Source: Mobula birostris (Eukaryota). From it: a DNA stretch of 64,000 nucleotides. The notes under the pieces were generated by a model. That model worked only from the letters and a program-made list of their open reading frames with translations. It did no database searches and was not told the origin of the DNA. The stretch's first letter is position 1, and the number at the start of each line of letters is the position of its first letter. Both the position numbers and the translations under genes were made by a program. The stretch lies in NCBI RefSeq assembly GCF_030028105.1, contig NC_092388.1, forward strand, positions 15,929,684 to 15,993,683, read 5' to 3'. Shown here one piece after another: positions 62,116 through 64,000 of this stretch.

Positions 62116-62444
62116 TTAATTTTTTTTAAATAGTAGGCAGAGGAAGCCTTGTACTTCTGTTCTTCAGCCTGGTTTAAATCCCACTTCTCCTGCGTATTTT
62201 TGGCCTTGGCATTGACCCTTAAAGATGCCGGACTTAACTGTTCCCCAATTAACTGATTAACGTGAGATCTGAAGATCATTGATGTCATTTCATTGTCCCT
62301 TGCTAAGAGGAAATTTACATGCTGCAGATTGCAACGAAAGTTGTTCAAACAGAGTGTATTTAAGAAAAAAACTGGTACAAATTCCTGCAGCCCACAATGA
62401 TGCTGATGTAGACCAGAGCCATTTTGTTCCTTTGGCTTATTGTC

Positions 62445-62850
62445 TTATGACCAAGTCCAAGGGATTGATTGTGGTCTTCAGGAAGAGGAGGTCAGGAGAA
62501 CACTCTGCAGTCCTCATTGAGGGGTCAGCAGTAGAAGGGGTGAGCAGCTTTAAGTTCCTGGGCAACAACATCTCTGAGGATCCTTGCTGGCTCCAACACA
62601 TTGATGTAACATGAAGAAGGCATGTCTGTGTATATACTTCATTAGGAGCGTGAGGACATTTAGTCTGTCACCAAGGAATCTTACAGATTTCTAAAGGTAT
62701 GTGGTGGACAGGATTCTAATTGGTTGCAATTGGTTGGTATGGAGGCTCCAATGTGCGGAACTGAAAGAGGCTGCTGAGAATTGGAGCCTCGTTCAGCTCC
62801 ATCACGTGCACAGTCTTCCCCTCCGCAGAGAATATTTTCAAGAGGCTTTC
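62445..62850 (+). mobile_element. Rex1/Babar fragment
   Basis: TKSKGLIVVFRK..VEGVSSFKFLGNNISED. Confidence 0.75.
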
Positions 62851-63029
62851 CCTTAAAATTCATAAAGGAACTTCAAAAGTGTGAAGCAATGATTCCTGTC
62901 ACCCTGTCTGCTTTAGGGACATGAGCAACCTACAGTAGACACCTCACAGCTCTACAAATGCTGTCTCAGCAAAATCCACCAAATCCAGTAAAAGAATAAG
63001 TAAATCGACATCTAGCGTTGAAGCTCTAG

Positions 63030-63400
63030 TTTTCTCACTTGACTCAGGTGGGTGGGTTGCATTGTCCATCTGACTCAGACCAGTCTCTTGACAGGAATCC
63101 TTCTCTAAGCTCTATTATGGCAAGAAATTACCCAGAGGACAAATAAAATCGGAAAGAAATCTCAAAATCTTTTAGAGGAAAGAAAAGTCCTAATTGATTC
63201 TTGAGAATAAATTTGAACAAAGAACATTTGATAAGGTGCTGAGAACCTCATATCTCTTCATTGTCAGCCTACAGAAGTCCAGCAAGAACCGTGAAAGAAA
63301 CCTACCATTTCCCAATTTGCCAACTGACCTATCCTGGCCCACGTATGGCACAGTTGGTGGGTCCCACATTGGCCTTATCAGCCACCTCAGATAGGAGCAA
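63030..63400 (+). mobile_element. Old RTE-clade LINE C-terminus
   Basis: GSHIGLISHLR resembles the RTE terminal 'SRIGL-SH-R' motif; upstream LY-GK--P-GQ-like segment. Confidence 0.55.
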
Positions 63401-64000
63401 TTCATCCTTGATGCAAAAGATCGGCTAGAAACAAAAAGGTGTTCAAATACCCAGGAATTAACAATATTTAGTGACATAAATACAGTATCAAACTTTTTTG
63501 ATATGAGAAATGTGGCAAATTGGAAGATTTTAAATTTGTTTTAGATTAGGTATAAAATATTGGAAAAACGTTCAGTGAAAAATATTGAGCTATTCAAGTC
63601 CTGCTGTTGCAATATCAATCATGATTTCTTTGCAACCTTCAGAGAATTTGAAGAATGAGGGGATTCATCAATAGAGACTTACAATTTGTCCTTGTAGCAA
63701 CTGGTGATGTGCCAGTTCCTGATGACCCATAAGAGGTTGAAGGTGGTGAAGTTCAATGGCGTGGGGTAGAAAATTTATGGGATATTTAAAAAACAACTTG
63801 CTTTTCACGTCGACCATTTGTCAAAGTAGACTGAAGACCAGAGAAGTTCAAATGTGATCAAGTAACTAGAAGCCACATTGCTAAATGACTTCACTTAATC
63901 ACATAGATCTCAACATCTGGTTATTTGATTTGATTGTGAGAGCCTGGCACCTGTCACTGTACACCATAAAATCCCTGCTGGCAAAGAACAATAAAGAAAG

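Overview
Eukaryotic, gene-poor vertebrate DNA. The repeat repertoire (CR1, Rex1/Babar, L2, L1/Tx1, RTE, Penelope-like elements, V-SINEs, Deu-SINE remnants, Tc1, hAT, Gypsy) looks like a cartilaginous fish, probably a ray; this is an inference from repeat style only. I found no convincing host exon: the ORFs I could identify are decayed transposon frames and the rest look like chance frames. There is one 151-N gap (33146-33296). The most unusual structure is at 13.9-14.8 kb: on the minus strand, the first 58 nt of a tRNA-Gly(GCC) are fused directly to a full-length 5S rRNA copy, which runs into a V-SINE, all inside a ~97%-identical 220-bp inverted repeat. Penelope-like elements carry minimal type-I hammerhead ribozyme motifs (core intact at 19174-19209 and 28962-28997). 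Two independent TSD-flanked insertions share an inverted-copy plus tandem double-hammerhead layout. Also present are a composite mini-MITE in two copies and a deeply nested Gypsy provirus (34.5-43.3 kb) with a templated internal duplication. Family names come from motif recognition by eye, and the boundaries of old repeats are approximate.
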